A stretch of 63,255 bases of DNA, filler included, from Chiloscyllium plagiosum (GCF_004010195.1; 6 parts of one record of this genome joined end to end with filler, not necessarily neighbours in it); one strand, 5' to 3'. Positions 24,941 through 38,723 are shown, counted from the first letter of the whole stretch. Numbers and translations are program-made. Notes: generated by a model from the letters alone, not told the origin.

Positions 24941-26604
24941 ACTACGCTGTGTCTAACCATTTGCAGCACAATCTGTGTCCCATCAGCTCGTTCCCAGTTT
25001 TTACAGATGAAATGTTGATGAGAAAGTGGAACAGTCGCGTGACGTCTCTCAGCATCATATCCGTGAAAAGGTAAATCTGGATAAAAGATCATGGTCATTT
25101 GAGCAACTAACAGACATTTACACCACATCTGTGTAATCACTGGATGTCCAGCTGTGAAAAGGATTGATGATGATGGCAAGTAGTTATGTTCTCCATTGCA
25201 GTGCAGCTAGCTCAGTACCACAGTCACAACCATTCTCTGTCTCCGCCATCCACACTCAGTAGCAGTGGAATATACCACTGACAAGATGCACTGTAGAAAT
25301 TCCGCAAAGTTCCTCTCAGAGCAGCTTCCAGAACCACGGCATTATCGCGTGGAACACTGAGCACAGCAGATACATGGGACACCAGTTGACAATTCCACAT
25401 CAAGCCACTCGCCACCCTGGCTCGGAAAAATATCTCAGTTCCACAAGTGCCATTGGTTGGAAATCCTGGACCTCCCTCCCTTACATCATTATGGGTTTAT
25501 TTGGATAAAATGAATGGCAGCAGTTCAATAAGCTAACTCATCGTAAACTTCGCCAGAACAATTATATCTGACTAATACGTGGTAACCCAGGGGCAATGAG
25601 CCAAACACATTAATGAATCACAAAGTAAAGGTCACTATTTGGAACCCACGTGCTCCAATGCTGAGCTTTTGAATAAATTGTGTTCATATTCCAGAAAATT
25701 GAAATACGATTTCATTTGAATGTATCAAATTCTGAACAGGCTTCAGAGGGTAGATGGTGAGAAACTGATCCTGTGGATCTGGGTATCTGAAATATGATAA
25801 CACAGTCTCAGGAGTTGCGGAAAATCTCAGCAGGTCTGACAGAATCTGTGAAGAGAAGTCAGTGTTAAAGTTACATCATTCACAGATCTTTTGGTTATTA
25901 TTGACACACCCTCAGGGTAAGGGAGCAGGTTATTTGGGAATGAAATGAGGAGAGAGTGATTAACTCTAAGGCCTCTGAGTCTTTAATATTCTCTGTCCCT
26001 GACGATTGCTGATGCACCCTCACTGAGTGCATTTCAGATTGGAAGACACAAATTGCTGGTTTCTCAGGGAGTCACGGGATATGTGGATTGCACAGGAAAC
26101 TGGAGATGAAATCTAAGTCTAGCTTTGATTGCATTGACTACGAGAACAGACTGAACATTTTAAACAGGCTGCAACGACCTCTCATTCTTTCTTCGGCGTT
26201 ACCCCCATTCCAATTGTTCTGTAATTATTACTTTTCTAACTTCCTACCGCTCTGCTGAATTCCCCTACTCTCATAACACATGAGCTAACCTTTCCCTTCT
26301 CTCGACAGATGTTGCATGACCTTATCAGATTCCTCTGAATGGCCTGTGTTTATTTCAGCGAGAATTATAACTCCCGATTCCTGTTTCTGTGAGAGGAAAC
26401 ATTCTCCAAACTGACTCCTTTAATTCTGTTTGTTCACAGAGAAAGGAGGCATTGTTCTGTCCAAATGTATAACATGCTCATGAGGGCATCAATATATTGT
26501 GATGATTTTTAAAATAAAATATATTAAACATAATGAAATTCATGATGAAAACACGAGACCCGATTCGATCTGTAAGGGGCAGGAATTCAGTCATGTGAGT
26601 TGAA

Positions 26605-27090
26605 AGTGAGGACAGCAAATGCTGGAGATCAGTGTCAAGATTAGAGTAATACAGGAAACGCAAAGCGCGTCAGATTGCATCCGAGGAGCAGGAGAGACAA
26701 TATTTCGGGCAAAACACCATCATCTGGAATGAGGCTGGGAGCGTCCAGTGTGGACAGATAAATGGGAGGGAGTGGGGCTGCGGAGAAGTGAGCTGAGAAC
26801 GCAATTGATGGATGGAGGTGGGGGTAAAGGTGATTGGTCGGAGAGGACGGTGGAGCGGATAGGTAGGGAGGAAGATTGGCAGGTAGGACAGGCCATGAGA
26901 ATGGTGCCGAACTGGCAGGATTGAACTGGGATAAGGTGGTCGGAGAAGGAAATCAGGCAAATGGTAAAGGCCACATTTATGCCCTAGGGTTGGAGGTTCC
27001 TGAGGAGGAAGATCAAGCATTCTTCCGCCAGGCGCCGGGTGGTGAGTGAGTGGTGATAGAGAAGTTCCAGGTCCTGCATGTCCTCGGCAC
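26605..27090 (-). mobile_element. Penelope-like element 3' remnant
   Basis: Colinear with the 10.65-11.18 kb copy (gaggacatgcaggacctgg, purine-rich tail on +). Confidence 0.8.
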
Positions 27091-27393
27091 ATTCGGAGGG
27101 GGAATTCAATTCTCCCTCTGCCAGTTGTTATTTTGTACGTTGCTCCTGACCCATCACAACAGAGGTCTGTGTGAATGCGCAAACAACCGCTCTCTGTACA
27201 TTTCACTCAGAATAATGTCAATAACAGGACGGATTAAAACAAAATGCAAACTGTGTTCAGTGCTGGATGTAGGGAATCATGTTACTGTAGAGCCTTTACA
27301 GCAATGAGATCAGGCTTTCGGCCCATCATTCACAAACCAGTCTACATTCCCTCTTGAATCCTCTCCAATTACCCAGATCCCTGTCTGATTGAA

Positions 27394-27640
27394 GACTGTC
27401 TGTGTGGAGTTTGCACATTCTCCCCGTGTCTGCGTGAGTTTCCTCCGGGTGCTCCAGTTTCCTCGCACAGTCCAAAGATGCGCAGGTTCGGGTGGATTTG
27501 CAATGCTCAATAGCCAATAGTGTCCAGGTGAGTGTTGGTTATATGGTTAGCCATGAGAAATGTGGGGTTAAGCTTAGGTGTGACTTGGTGGGATGCATGA
27601 TGAGCCGAATAGCCTGTTTCTACAGTGTAAGAATTTTATG
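27394..27640 (+). mobile_element. 5'-truncated HE1/V-SINE
   Basis: gactgtctgtgtggagtttgcacattctccccgtgtctgcgtg. Confidence 0.85.
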
Positions 27641-27995
27641 ATCCTATGCTCCATCCCATCTATCTCTGTGGATAAATTGGACTATCACCTGATCAAATAT
27701 CCCCTTCAATGGGTCAACGTTTGTTTTCTATCTGACAAAGAACTGCGGATGTAACAGATCTGAGAGACAGCATAGAAATTGCTGGGAAACTCAGCAGGTC
27801 CGGCAGCATTTGTGGGGAGTGAACCTTTTGGATCCAGTGATTGTTCTTAAGGGCTGAAGGCTTCTGATTCTGGTGTTTTCAAACCTGTTGACGTTTTACA
27901 AGCAATTTCGTGTTTTGCTTTCAGCCCCAGTTCAGTTGGTGATGATTACGGCCTTGTTATGTGTGTTTGGGAAAAGGGGTAGTTTAGCAGCTAGC

Positions 27996-28067
27996 ACGGT
28001 GGTGGTGCAGTGGCGAGCAAAGCTGCCTTCAAAGCAGTTGACTTGGATTCGATTCCCAGCCATCGCA
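27996..28067 (+). tRNA. tRNA-Gly(TCC)-derived pseudogene with anticodon changed to TCA
   Basis: 72 nt colinear with vertebrate tRNA-Gly-TCC. Anticodon arm GCTGC-CT-TCA-AA-GCAGT. A1:C72 and A53:C61 mismatches. Confidence 0.85.
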
Positions 28068-30044
28068 GTGTCGTGGCATTTCCTGTGGTTTTGCAAGGAA
28101 AAGTCTTGAGCACCAACGTTGTATTCTGTGGCAAAATGGATTTGTCAGGTTGCTTTCGGGTTTTCATGGCGATGGTTCCTGTTAATTGCCGAGACAATCC
28201 GGGCAGCGTTGCTCGAAAGCTTTCCTCTCTGCTGCCCATTGCTTATTTGAATATTGTTCGCAACATAAGGTTCGTTTTGTTTTGTTGGAAAAGTCAGAGA
28301 TTGCTATCGTCAGAAATCTTAAATAATTGCAGAAGCCCCTGGAAATTCGGAACAGATCCAACAGCTTCTATCATGGACGGGAAGGAGGTTTAAATGCGTC
28401 AAATTTCTTCAAGGTTAAAATACGTCCGCCCCTCAAAAACATTTGGAAGCTTAAGAATTACAAACATCACATTATAACTTTCCCTCATCCGTTCAAGTTT
28501 CACAATATCATTCCGGTAGCAGGACGACCAGTTTTGTATGGTTTGTACAATGTTACTATATTCGAACATTGACTGTTTCGTAGTTAAATGATGTTTCATT
28601 TCGTTCAGTTTTCCAATAGAGTTGGATTAGTCCACACTTTTTTTTTTGTTTGTGTTACAACGATAGTGAAAGTAAATTGTTTTTCGGTTCAAGCCTGGAA
28701 GTTTCACCAATTGAATTGCATTGCCGTACATTTGCCTTCAGGAGAAAAGAAAAAGGGATCTGGACCATCTTCTTAACACATAGGAGTTTGATCTGATTCA
28801 AAACCTCCTCAATTTCGGTCAATAAATGTTCCTAAAGTCCGCAACAATGATTTTCACAGATTCGAGGAGGATGCACAGACATCGTTATTAATTGTTATTA
28901 CCGCGAACATTAGACGTTTGGGAATGATATTCCTCAGACCATCGACTGTCTGCTCAGCCAAGGTTGAAGGCCTGGAATCCGGCAAAATTGGGAACAATGC
29001 AATTCCCAGGAGACTGAGAGGTTACTAACAGAGCGAGAGGTGGAGAGTCGGCAACAGAACTACAGGGACAGTCCGCTCTGATCACTGACCCTTCACCGTC
29101 AGTATATTCAGTGCCAGGAATGACTGCCATTGGTCAGAATGACAAAATGTTATCATGGAAAATAAAGAGCATGAAAGTAAGGGAAGGTTTAAAGCATGAA
29201 AGCAAGGGAAGGCTTAAAGCATGAACCCCACTGGCGATCTGTTGCAAGGGGTCTGTAGAATGCAGGATGAGATAAGAATAGTGGAATTCTCTCACACCAA
29301 TTAGCAAAGAAAGGTTGACGCTGAAAGGTCTCGTTGGTGAGATTAGATTACAGTTAGTAAAGTTAGGCTTCCTGTTAAGCATCATTATGACTCGATTGGG
29401 AACATAAATATTTGGAACATGACATTAAATATCAAATTAATAGTTAATAGAGTCAGCCTGATTGAGATTATTGACAATAAATAACTAATTATGGCATCGG
29501 GAAAATATGAAGTCGGGTCTGGAATGAAAGACCATTGTTGCGAAAGCTGACATTAAATATCTAATCGTCACATGAGAATAAGGTTAAGTAGAATGAACAA
29601 TTAAAGAGATGATGGGAACTAACATCACTGGTTTATTGTGTAGCGAGTGTGAGGTACTTTGATTAATATATTTAGACATGCTGATAAGCAAACAAAGCAT
29701 GGGAAAAAATTAGAAAAAAACATGGACAATGAAGTTCGAGAGCATTCGAGAATCTGCTTTCTCGGTGTCACGGTTTTTCGTTTGCAAATAACAGACCGAC
29801 TTCTTGAAGAATTCTCTACGTCTCTTGGTGATTCTCTATACTTTTTCCACGACAAAACTCAGCAGGTCTGGTAGCATCCATGCAGAGAGAATCATGGACA
29901 ATATTTAACAACTTCATCAGAACTCAATAATCTCCCTCAGGTACTGCCAAACCAGATAGTTTTGTCAGCAGTTTCTGATTTTGTTTCAGATTCCCAGAGT
30001 CCACAGTTCATTACATTAACCTTTAAACCATTGCAGAAAGTTCT

Positions 30045-30985
30045 TTGTGGTTCTTCACACGGGAATTTTCCGTTTGAGGAACATTTTCCTGCCCCCATTA
30101 GAAACAAGAAACCCTGCAGCAGAGAAAACAGATGCTTTAACAACAACGATCGCTGTCGCCTTTGGATATCTTGAACCACCAGCCTTTCATTTAACGGTCA
30201 AATACGCTGGAACTTCCAACCTTAAAACCTTGCCCGAACATCTAAAGCAGGCTGTGACGGATTTCGGTTTGTCCTTCCAAGACCGAGAAGTGTCCACTTA
30301 TCAGTTTTATTTTTCCAAAATAAAGTCTGGAACATTCATTATGGAGGCATGGGAACAGTCTTATCCCATCCACGACAGACACAGCCATGTCACTGAGCAC
30401 CAACTCTCCTCCAACTGGGACCCTCTCCCTTCAAGCCTCCTCGTCCCTTGTGTGGTCCCGAGTTTTTTCATTGTTCCGGAGTCTCGATGAGGTTTGTATT
30501 TGTCATCTAGGGGAACGAGAATTATTTCAATGTCTCAGATCAGTTCATGTCCCGAGAACATCAAAGTTAATGGTCTGTCCTCTTAAAGAAGGGGAAGAGG
30601 TCTTGACTGTCTCTGCTCATTCGGGCAGTTCACCCTTCTTCATTCTCCTTGGATTTCACTTCTCACAGAGTTTCTGAAGATTCACAATGTTGGAGACTGG
30701 GTTATATGGTTTGCCTCTTTTACATTTTTTCCACCTGACAATTGATATTTTCCCAAAATCTCTTTAACACTCCTCTGCCTTGCAAAATGTCCACGGTCGA
30801 GATTTCCTGCCATTTGGAGAGATCCAGAGGGTTTCTTTGGAGCCAAGAGAGTTAACTGAAGATGTTCTGCAGCTGTTTATCTTGATGGGGGAGGGAGCGG
30901 TGGCGTTAGCACATTGACGATCAGGAGGAAGTATTGTCACTGAACAGGGTCACTGTCCAGAGGACTGTGATTGAAGGAATTTAAT
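30045..30985. repeat. Duplicated coding-like segment X, copy 1
   Basis: Alignable by eye with 33170-34005, 43600-44560 and the reverse complement of 60755-62060. Includes the 147-aa ORF at 30047-30490. Confidence 0.8.
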
Positions 30986-31179
30986 GAAATGCAGCACTTG
31001 TACGCAGTAAATTCAGAGAATACTGCAGAAAACCGACGGATCTAGCGGTACTTGTGGAAAGAGAAAGAGAGGTAACATTTTGAGAGTGATATATTTGTGA
31101 TCAAGCACTCGACTTTCTCGCGCACCACACTGCCAGCGAAATTACAGCTAATGAGGTGTTTTTGACGAAGATTCAGGTT

Positions 31180-32150
31180 TGTTTGTTCATTCAAAAGTCA
31201 AAAAAGACAATGCTGCAAACCCTCAGAGCTGGCACTGGACAGTGCAGACCGAACATGAGGGTTTTTTTCTGCTCTGACATACACCTGGGATAATGTGGCA
31301 CCAGAAGGCCTCCTCACAGCGGAAGGGGCCAATTATGTATGACTTAGGTGTGGGGGATATTTTCTCTTTCAGAGGGTAGCAAATCTGTGAAGTTGTTTGC
31401 AACAGAGGGTTGTCAAGGCTGCATACATGCAAGGCTGAGAAAGACAGGCATTTGGTCACTTCGGTAATCTAGGGCCACAGAGATGAGGCCGAAAGGGGAT
31501 TTGAGGATTAACCAAATCAGCCGTGATCTCATTGAAACTTGTCGCTGACTTGATGGGTTAAATTGCTTCCATCTGCTCTAATGTCTTTGTTGTCATTTCG
31601 AAAATGTGAACCACCATTGCACATTAAGAAAAGCAGAAAGTTTAGAAGAGAAGATTACAGTCAAACTGAGTCAACATCATTTTTGAAAGGAAAATCACAC
31701 GTTGACAATCTGACAGATTTCTTTGGTAGCATGACCTGCAGACTTGGTGAAGGACGATGCTCAGTAAAGTTCATTTGAATTTTAGCAAGCAATCAATAAG
31801 GGGCTATATAAAAGTCCGTTGCACAATAAAGGAGTTCTCGGTGTTGGGTCATAAAGCAGCATTGTCTGTCCATTGTCTATTTAACAGAAATCACCGAATC
31901 GAGATTAATGAGCAGTTTTCAAGTTGGAAAAATATATTTAGTGAAATCCAGACTGGTCAGTCATCGGATTTAATGTTTTATCTGACCGAATGACTTGGAG
32001 GAAGTGGCAGAGTGAAATCCTGCGATACACAAGAGGTGGGTGAGCATATTGTGCTAAGGATGTGGAATTTTGCAAACAGGTATTGATCGAATGAGTGAGT
32101 GGAGAAGTCTTGGCAAATGCAGTTTCATGGAGGGGCACTTTTATCTGTTA
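31180..32150 (+). repeat. Old CR1-derived block duplicated with the unit
   Basis: Colinear with 35930-36890 and partly 45220-45660. Contains a CR1 3' end followed by an RT fragment. Confidence 0.75.
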
Positions 32151-33169
32151 ATAGGTTCACAGCTCTCCATTCAATTTGCAATGTTGCAACCCCACACTAG
32201 AGTGCATTCTCTCGCTGTTGCAGATTTTGTTGACACATTGTTACCACTGTTTTTGATCATGTGTTGGTTTCTGAGTGAAAATTGTTTCCACTGGAGCGGA
32301 GGTGCCAGAGACACGTTTATCAGTTCAGCCGAATATACGATAAACAATGTCCCTTTCAAAACGTGAGGTTCCATTCCAACCATGCACCAACCAAAATATC
32401 CAGAGCCGTGGAATGCGAATGACCACATGCTTGGGGGATTGAGAGTGACGGCTCCATGTCAAATAGTGCTGAAAAAAAGTAACTGATTTAGAATGCTCTG
32501 AATGAAACCGAACGGAACTCTCCCTAAACTTTTCCCAATTCACTCGGAAAATGATGCTGTTGCGTGCACGTGGGTTTACGTAATGAACAGTTTATTGTCA
32601 GTCACAGGGGTGGGGTGGGGCAGGATAGTGAGGTTTTCGTGTGGCTGAGATGTGATCTGGTCGAACGGGGAATTCAAACGCCCACACAACAGAGAGCTGG
32701 TTGATCCAGGAACTCAGTCCCATCTTCTGTTTCAGTACCAACAAACGAAATTGCGAGAAAATCTCAGCAGGTCTGGTAGAATCTTGGAAAGGAAAATAGA
32801 GTTAAGACTTCAAGACCAGTGGCACTTCTTTCTCCATGTCCATCTCCCTCTGCCTTACACACCCTTCCTTTTTATTGAATATCTCCTGACTTCCAAATTT
32901 ATACTCAGATCCTCTTTTATTACTTCGTCTCCAAACATTTTCCCAGTCTCTAAACTTACATCAGACGTGTTCCATCTCTCACCTCACCCAGTTATGACCG
33001 GAGGACTTCGAACTGAAAAAACACTCTGTTTCAGGACGTCATCAGCGCTGTGTTTTCTCCCACAGGTACTCCCAAATTGGCTCGTTTCTGCAGCAATTCT
33101 TTTTGGTTTCAGATTCCCACAAGTCACAGTTCTTGACATTAATCTTGACAGCAATGCGGAAATGTCATT

Positions 33170-34005
33170 GTGGTTAGTCACACGATAGTGTTTCCATTTG
33201 GAAAATACCTGTTGACCTCATTAGAAACCGAAACAGTGCAGCAAAGTAAACAGATGCATTAAGGACAGCAATCGCTGTCGCCCTGGGGGCTCTTGAATCA
33301 GCTATCTTTCATTCAGCAGACTAATGCGCTGTCACGTGCTATCCAGCACATCACACGATCCTCCAAAGTAGGCGGTTACTGAACCTCAACTTCAGTCTGC
33401 CCTTCCCAGAATGACAACTGACTTCTATCGGAAGCCTCTCTCCCACACCCTGACAGTCTGAGTTCCAGCCTCTCAGTGTTTGTCTGGCCCGAGCTTTTTT
33501 AATGTCCTGGAGTCGTCATATACAAAAACGAGAAATCTTTCAATGTCTCAGATCAGTTCATGTCCCGAGAACATCAGAGTTAATGTCCTGTCCCTTTAAA
33601 CAGGGGGAAGCTGTCTTGACAGTTTCTGCTCAGTCCGACAGTTCACCCTTGCTCATTCCCTTCCGATTCCACTTCCCAAAAAGTTTCTGAAGATCCACAA
33701 AGCTGGAGACTGGTTTCCATGTTTTGCCTCCTTAACATTGTTCCGCTCTCAAATGTCAATATTTCCCCAAAATCTCTTCACTATCCTCTGTCTTTCACCA
33801 TGTCCGGGGATGAGAATTCCCTTTATGAGGAGAGATTCCAGAGGCTGGTAAGTTTCACTTTGGAGCGAAGAAGGTGAACCAGAGATTTCCTGCGGCTGTT
33901 TATAATGATGAGGGAGGGAGCGGTGGGGATGGGCGCTTTGACGAACAGGAAGAAAACTTGCCACCGTCCAGGGTCAGGACATGGAGAACTGTGATTAACG
34001 GAATC
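33170..34005. repeat. Segment X, copy 2 (internal deletions)
   Basis: Shares tcaatgtctcagatcagttcatgtcccgagaacatca with copy 1. Confidence 0.8.
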
Positions 34006-34333
34006 GAATGTAAAGTTGCACTTTTGCACAGTACATTCAGAGGATACTGCAGAAACTCGATGCGACCAGCAGTATCCGTGGGAAGAGAAACGGTCAAGGT
34101 TTTGATAGTGGTACAGTTCTGTTAAGAACTCGAGGTTACAAAATCAAATCGAACAACTCCATTTTCATGTAGGTAGAATAGTGAACAATGCGTATGGTAT
34201 GCTTTCCTTTGTTGTTCAGAGTACTGAGTACAAGTGTTGGGAGGTCATGTTGCGGCTATAAAGGACATTGTTTGTTGAGCTTGTTCTTTTTTCAAGTTTG
34301 AGCCCGAAATCGTCCTTTTGGAATCATTGAAAA

Positions 34334-34415
34334 CGTAGTCGGCAGAATTCGAAACCGCGTGGGGTAGTCCCAATGGATTTCTAACCCACCATCTTTCCCA
34401 CTCGGACCTGTCTAC
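34334..34415 (-). tRNA. tRNA-Ser(AGA) pseudogene
   Basis: Reverse complement GTAGACAGGTCCGAGTGGGAAAGATGGTGGGTTAGAAATCCATTGGGACTACCCCACGCGGTTTCGAATTCTGCCGACTACG, 82 nt, colinear with vertebrate Ser-AGA. Stems are disrupted. Confidence 0.85.
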
Positions 34416-34594
34416 ACATTTAACTCCAGTGCTTAATACATCTCATGAAATGAATGTTTCCAACCTGAAACACCAGTATTTGGCTTGCTCTGTCCGCAGC
34501 CTGACCCCAGCATTCGCTGTCCCCCCTCTCTTGGTTGAGAACGGAGTAGGATGCTGGGAGATCAAGTTGAATTACACGCGTTGATGAGAGATAA

Positions 34595-34870
34595 TTGTGG
34601 CTCAACAGTTAGCACTGCTGTCTCGCATCACATGGTCCCAAGTTTGCTTCCATCGTCGGGCCACTGTCTGTGTGCTGTTTGCACATTCTCCCCCCGTCTG
34701 CGTGGGTTTCCTTCCACAGTCCAAACATGTGTTCGTCAGGTGAATTTGCCGTGGTAAATTGCCCATTGTGTTTGGTGCATTACTCACAGGGAAATCAGTC
34801 TGGGTGGGTTACTCCTCAGAGGGTCATTGCGGACTGGTAGAGCCGAGGGGCCACACTGGAGGGAATTTAA
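34595..34870 (+). mobile_element. HE1/V-SINE, diverged
   Basis: gtggctcaacagttagcactgctg...tttgcacattctccccc. Confidence 0.8.
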
Positions 34871-34994
34871 TCCATTAAAGTGGATGGGAAGGATCCATTT
34901 TCATGTGCAGAGAGATTAATAAACATAGCAATGGATCGAGAACATAAAAACGTTGTTGTATTGGTCCAGTGCTTTCATCGCCAGCTGAGTTATA

Positions 34995-35875
34995 GAGGGT
35001 TACCTCAGATTACAACAGGATCTGTACCAGATTGGTCAATGGGCTGAGAAGTGGCAGCAGGAATTTAATTGAGATAAATGCGAGGCGCTGTATTTTGGGA
35101 AAGCAAATCTTAGCAGGACTTATGCCATTAATGGTAACATCCTTGGGAGTGTTGCTGAACAAGGAGACCTTCGAATTCAGATTCGTTGCTCCTTGAAAGT
35201 GGAGTCGCAGGTCGGTAGAATAGTGAACAAGGCGTCTGGTCTGCTTTCCTTTATTGGTCAGAGTCCTGAGTACAGGTGTTGGGAGGTCATGTTGCGGCTA
35301 TAAAGAACTTTGTTTAAGCCAATGTTGGAATATTGCGTGCAATTTTGTTCACCTTCCTATCGGAAAGAGGTTGTGAATATTGAAAGGGTTCAGAATAGAT
35401 TTACAAGAATGTTACCAGGGTTGGAGGATCTGAGCTGCAGGGAGAGGCTGATCAGGCTTGGGCTATTTTCCCGGCAGCGTCGGAGGCTGAGGGGTGACCT
35501 TCTCGAGGTTTACAAAATTATGAGGGGCATGGATAGGATTAATAGACAAAGTCTTTTTCCTGGGGTCGGGGAGTCCAGAACTCGAGGGCAGAGGTTTCGG
35601 GTTAGAGGTGAAAGATATAAAAGAGACCTATGGAGCAATGTTTTCACGCAGAGGATGGTACGTGTATGGAATGAGCTGCCAGAGAATGTGGTGGAGGCCG
35701 GTACAATTGGAACATTTAACATGCATTTTGATGGGCAAATGAATGGAAAGGGTTTGGAGGGATGTGGGCCGGATGCTGGCAGGTGTGATTAGATTGGGTT
35801 GGGATATCTGGTCGGCATGGACGGGTTGGACCGAAGTGTCTGTTTACATGCTGTGATCTCTATGACTCTATGATT
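34995..35875 (+). mobile_element. CR1/HER1 LINE 3' end
   Basis: LEYCVQFCSPSYRKEVVNIERVQNRFTRMLPG...RRRLRGDLLEVYKIMRG, with a (ctatga) tail. Confidence 0.95.
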
Positions 35876-36999
35876 CTCTGTGATCTTGAAGAATATTCGC
35901 GTTTGGCAATTCTAATGTGCATTTCATGTCTGATTGTGTCATCTGAGGTCAAGATATGAAAATGTTTCAAATACTCACAGCTGGTTCTGCATAGTGAAGA
36001 CCGACCTTCGGGTGTTTATTCTGCTCTGATTTACATTTGGGAAGATGTGCGACCAGTGGGCCTTATCACAGCGGATGGGGTCAAACATGTAAAACTGACG
36101 TGAGGAAAATATTCTCTCTTTTGGAGGATAGCAAGTCTGTGGAAATGCATCCAAAAGAGGTTTGTCAAGAATGGGTACATTCAAGGCTGAGATAGACAGT
36201 TATTTAGTCAGTCCGCAATCAAGGGCCACGGAGATAAGGCTGAAAAGTAGAGTTGAGGATTATACAAATAAGCCGAGATATCATTGAAAGCTGTCGCTGA
36301 CCTGATGGACTAAATTGCTTCTATCTTCTCTAATGTCTTTGCTGTCATTTGGAAAATGCTAGACACGATTGAAAATGAGTAAAAACTCAACGTTAGGAAG
36401 AGATGTTTGCACTCAACATGAATCAACATTATTTATTGAAAGGAAAATCACACTTGCCAATTTGCCAGATTTCTTTGCTAACATGACCAGCAGAGCTGAT
36501 CAAGGGAGCTGTTCGGTATAGTCCTTTCGAATTTCTGTCAAATGCTCAATTAGGAGCCATATGATAGATCATTGCACACTGAGAGAGTTCACGGTGTTGG
36601 GGAATAAATCAGCATTAACTGTCCACTGTCTACTTACAAGAAGTCACCGAATCGGGATTATTGAACAGTTTTCAAGTTGGAAACATATAATTAGTGACAT
36701 CCAGAATGGTCAGTCATCGGGCTTCAATGATTTATCTGTCTTAATGGCTTGAAGGAAGTGGCAGAGTGAAATGTGTCCAGTTCTGCTGCCGATACGCAAT
36801 CAGTGAGCGGGCTTATTTTGATGAGGGCGTGCAAATCTGCAAAAAGATATCGATAGTATGAGTGAGTGGAGAAACCTTGCAGTTTCATGTTGTGAGTGTG
36901 AGGTCCTGCACTTTGTGAGGAATAATCAAAAGACAGACTAATATTTATCACTAAAATCTCGGCATTTCGCACGCCTCTGAATGTCATCTTCCAATATGA

Positions 37000-37500
37000 A
37001 TTGATTCTTTACTGTATTGTAATTGCACATGATAAGGGAAAGACAAAAAAGACATTGGTGGACCTGGGCTTCACACGCGCGTTATTGAATTTAAAACGCA
37101 GATTACTGCCCACAATACGATCATAGAAGCACTCATTTAATCTTCAGGAAGCACAGAAAAAGCACAGTGTTGTAGGGCATGTAAAGAGTAGCACCAGAAA
37201 CATAACAGAAATACTGCTCTGGGCTACTATTTTGTATGTATTTCTCAATGAGCAGTAGACATTTACATGTGTTCCATCAGGAGATACTTCACACAAGGAA
37301 GTAACCAGTGCTGCAGACGGTCATATAATCCCAGTTCCAACTCCCGAGATCAGAGATACTCAGTGTCCTGCACATCAATATGAGGAACAGCTGTCTGTGG
37401 CATTTACGGGCAAGATGAACTTTATGAATGCAGCTCGCACGTTGTCAGCCTCTTTCTCCTATATATTGTTTCGTGCAGTCCCTTGGTGGAATCTCGTCAA
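37000..37500. repeat. Duplicated coding-like segment Y, copy 1
   Basis: + frame AADGHIIPVPTPEIRDTQCP...AFTGKMNFMNAA aligns with 46.2-46.95 kb and 49.04-49.16 kb. Confidence 0.7.
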
Positions 37501-37604
37501 ATACTTTGTCCTGCACTTGATGGGTCTTGGGTCTTGTGTTCTCAAACCCCAACAATCGGAAGTGAAAACTATTGATTGAAACTAATTCAATTCATAACAC
37601 TCAC

Positions 37605-37980
37605 AGGACCGCAGCGTTTCACATGAGCTTCAGCAGCGCTGAGAATGTCATCGAGAATGGGGAGGAAAAGGCTGGAAACCTTCTTCACAGCTCCGCTGAA
37701 AATTCCAACAACAACTCCGAGGACTGGAGCTTCACATCTTTCTGCTCCAAAACTCTATGCTTTTCTGCCGCAGAGAATTGCACCCTCAACTCCCGCGTGC
37801 AAGGTGAGGATACCAAACCCTACACTATCAAGGATGGTAGTTAGAGCGAGGGCAACACCGGTCACTGTCATATAGACAGCCACAAACAGACTCTTTTCAT
37901 ATGGAAGTCCATTCCTTCACACTCTCTTCATTTTACCATCATCCCAGATATTATTCTGATAAAACAGCTCTGCACTGCCT
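37605..37980 (-). pseudogene. Decayed internal exon encoding Gly/Ala-rich hydrophobic segments
   Basis: ccttgtcacag| acceptor and |GTGAGT donor. One frame, GSAELFYQNNIWDDG...SLFVAVYMTVTGVALALTTILDSVGFGILTLHAGVEGAILCG...VLGVVVGIFSGAV, has two stops. Confidence 0.45.
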
Positions 37981-38254
37981 CTGTGACAAGGAGACCATTG
38001 ATTTATAAAGGTCAGAAAGTCTGTCCACAGTAGCCGAAATACTACCTCAACAACACTCCACAACTCCTACACATGATTCATTTTGTAATGAAGGCTGACA
38101 TTTCATTTCCTGTCCTGGTTAATGGATGCCCTGCATGAATTCTGTTCGTGATGTGTGACCAAGGACATTCCGGTCCTTTTTGGCAAAAGCACTTCCCAAC
38201 CTCTCACCTTCTAATAAATACAACATGAAAAGGAATGTATAAGTTAACAAAAAA

Positions 38255-38723
38255 GAATAAAGGAAATTTACAGCCCAGCAACAGGCCCTTCGGCCTCCAA
38301 GTCTGGGCAGATCCAAATGTACTGTCTAAACCTGTCGGTCAATTCTGAAGCATCTGTATCCCTCTAGTCTCCATCTACTACATCTGTCCACACGCATCTT
38401 AAATGAATCTACCGTGCCTGCCTCTACCACCTCTGCTGGCAACGACTTCCAAACGGCCACCACCTTCTGTGTGAAGTACTTGCTGCGTGTATCCCCCTTA
38501 AACTTTCCACCTCTCACCTTGAAAGCGTGACCTCTCGTTATTGAATCCTTCACCCTGGGAAAAAGCTTGTCTCTATCCACCCTGTCTATACCCTTCATGA
38601 TTTTGTAAACCTCAATCAGGTCCCCCCTCAATCTCCTTTTTATTAATGAAAATAAACCTAACCTACTCAATCTTTCTTCATAGCTAGCACCTTCCATACC
38701 AGGCAACATCCTCATAAACCTTC
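38255..38723 (-). mobile_element. Relatively young CR1 LINE 3' end
   Basis: RMLPGMEGASYEERLSRLGLFSLIKRRLRGDLIEVYKIMKG. Confidence 0.95.

Noticed and set aside
27996..28067. Selenocysteine tRNA
   Set aside because: The body is tRNA-Gly-type, 72 nt, without the long variable arm of tRNA-Sec.
37140..37450. Segment Y as butyrophilin IgC, GPCR or Harbinger transposase
   Set aside because: Only short motif resemblances. Key residues (Ig Cys/Trp spacing, DRY/TM3, DDE context) are absent.
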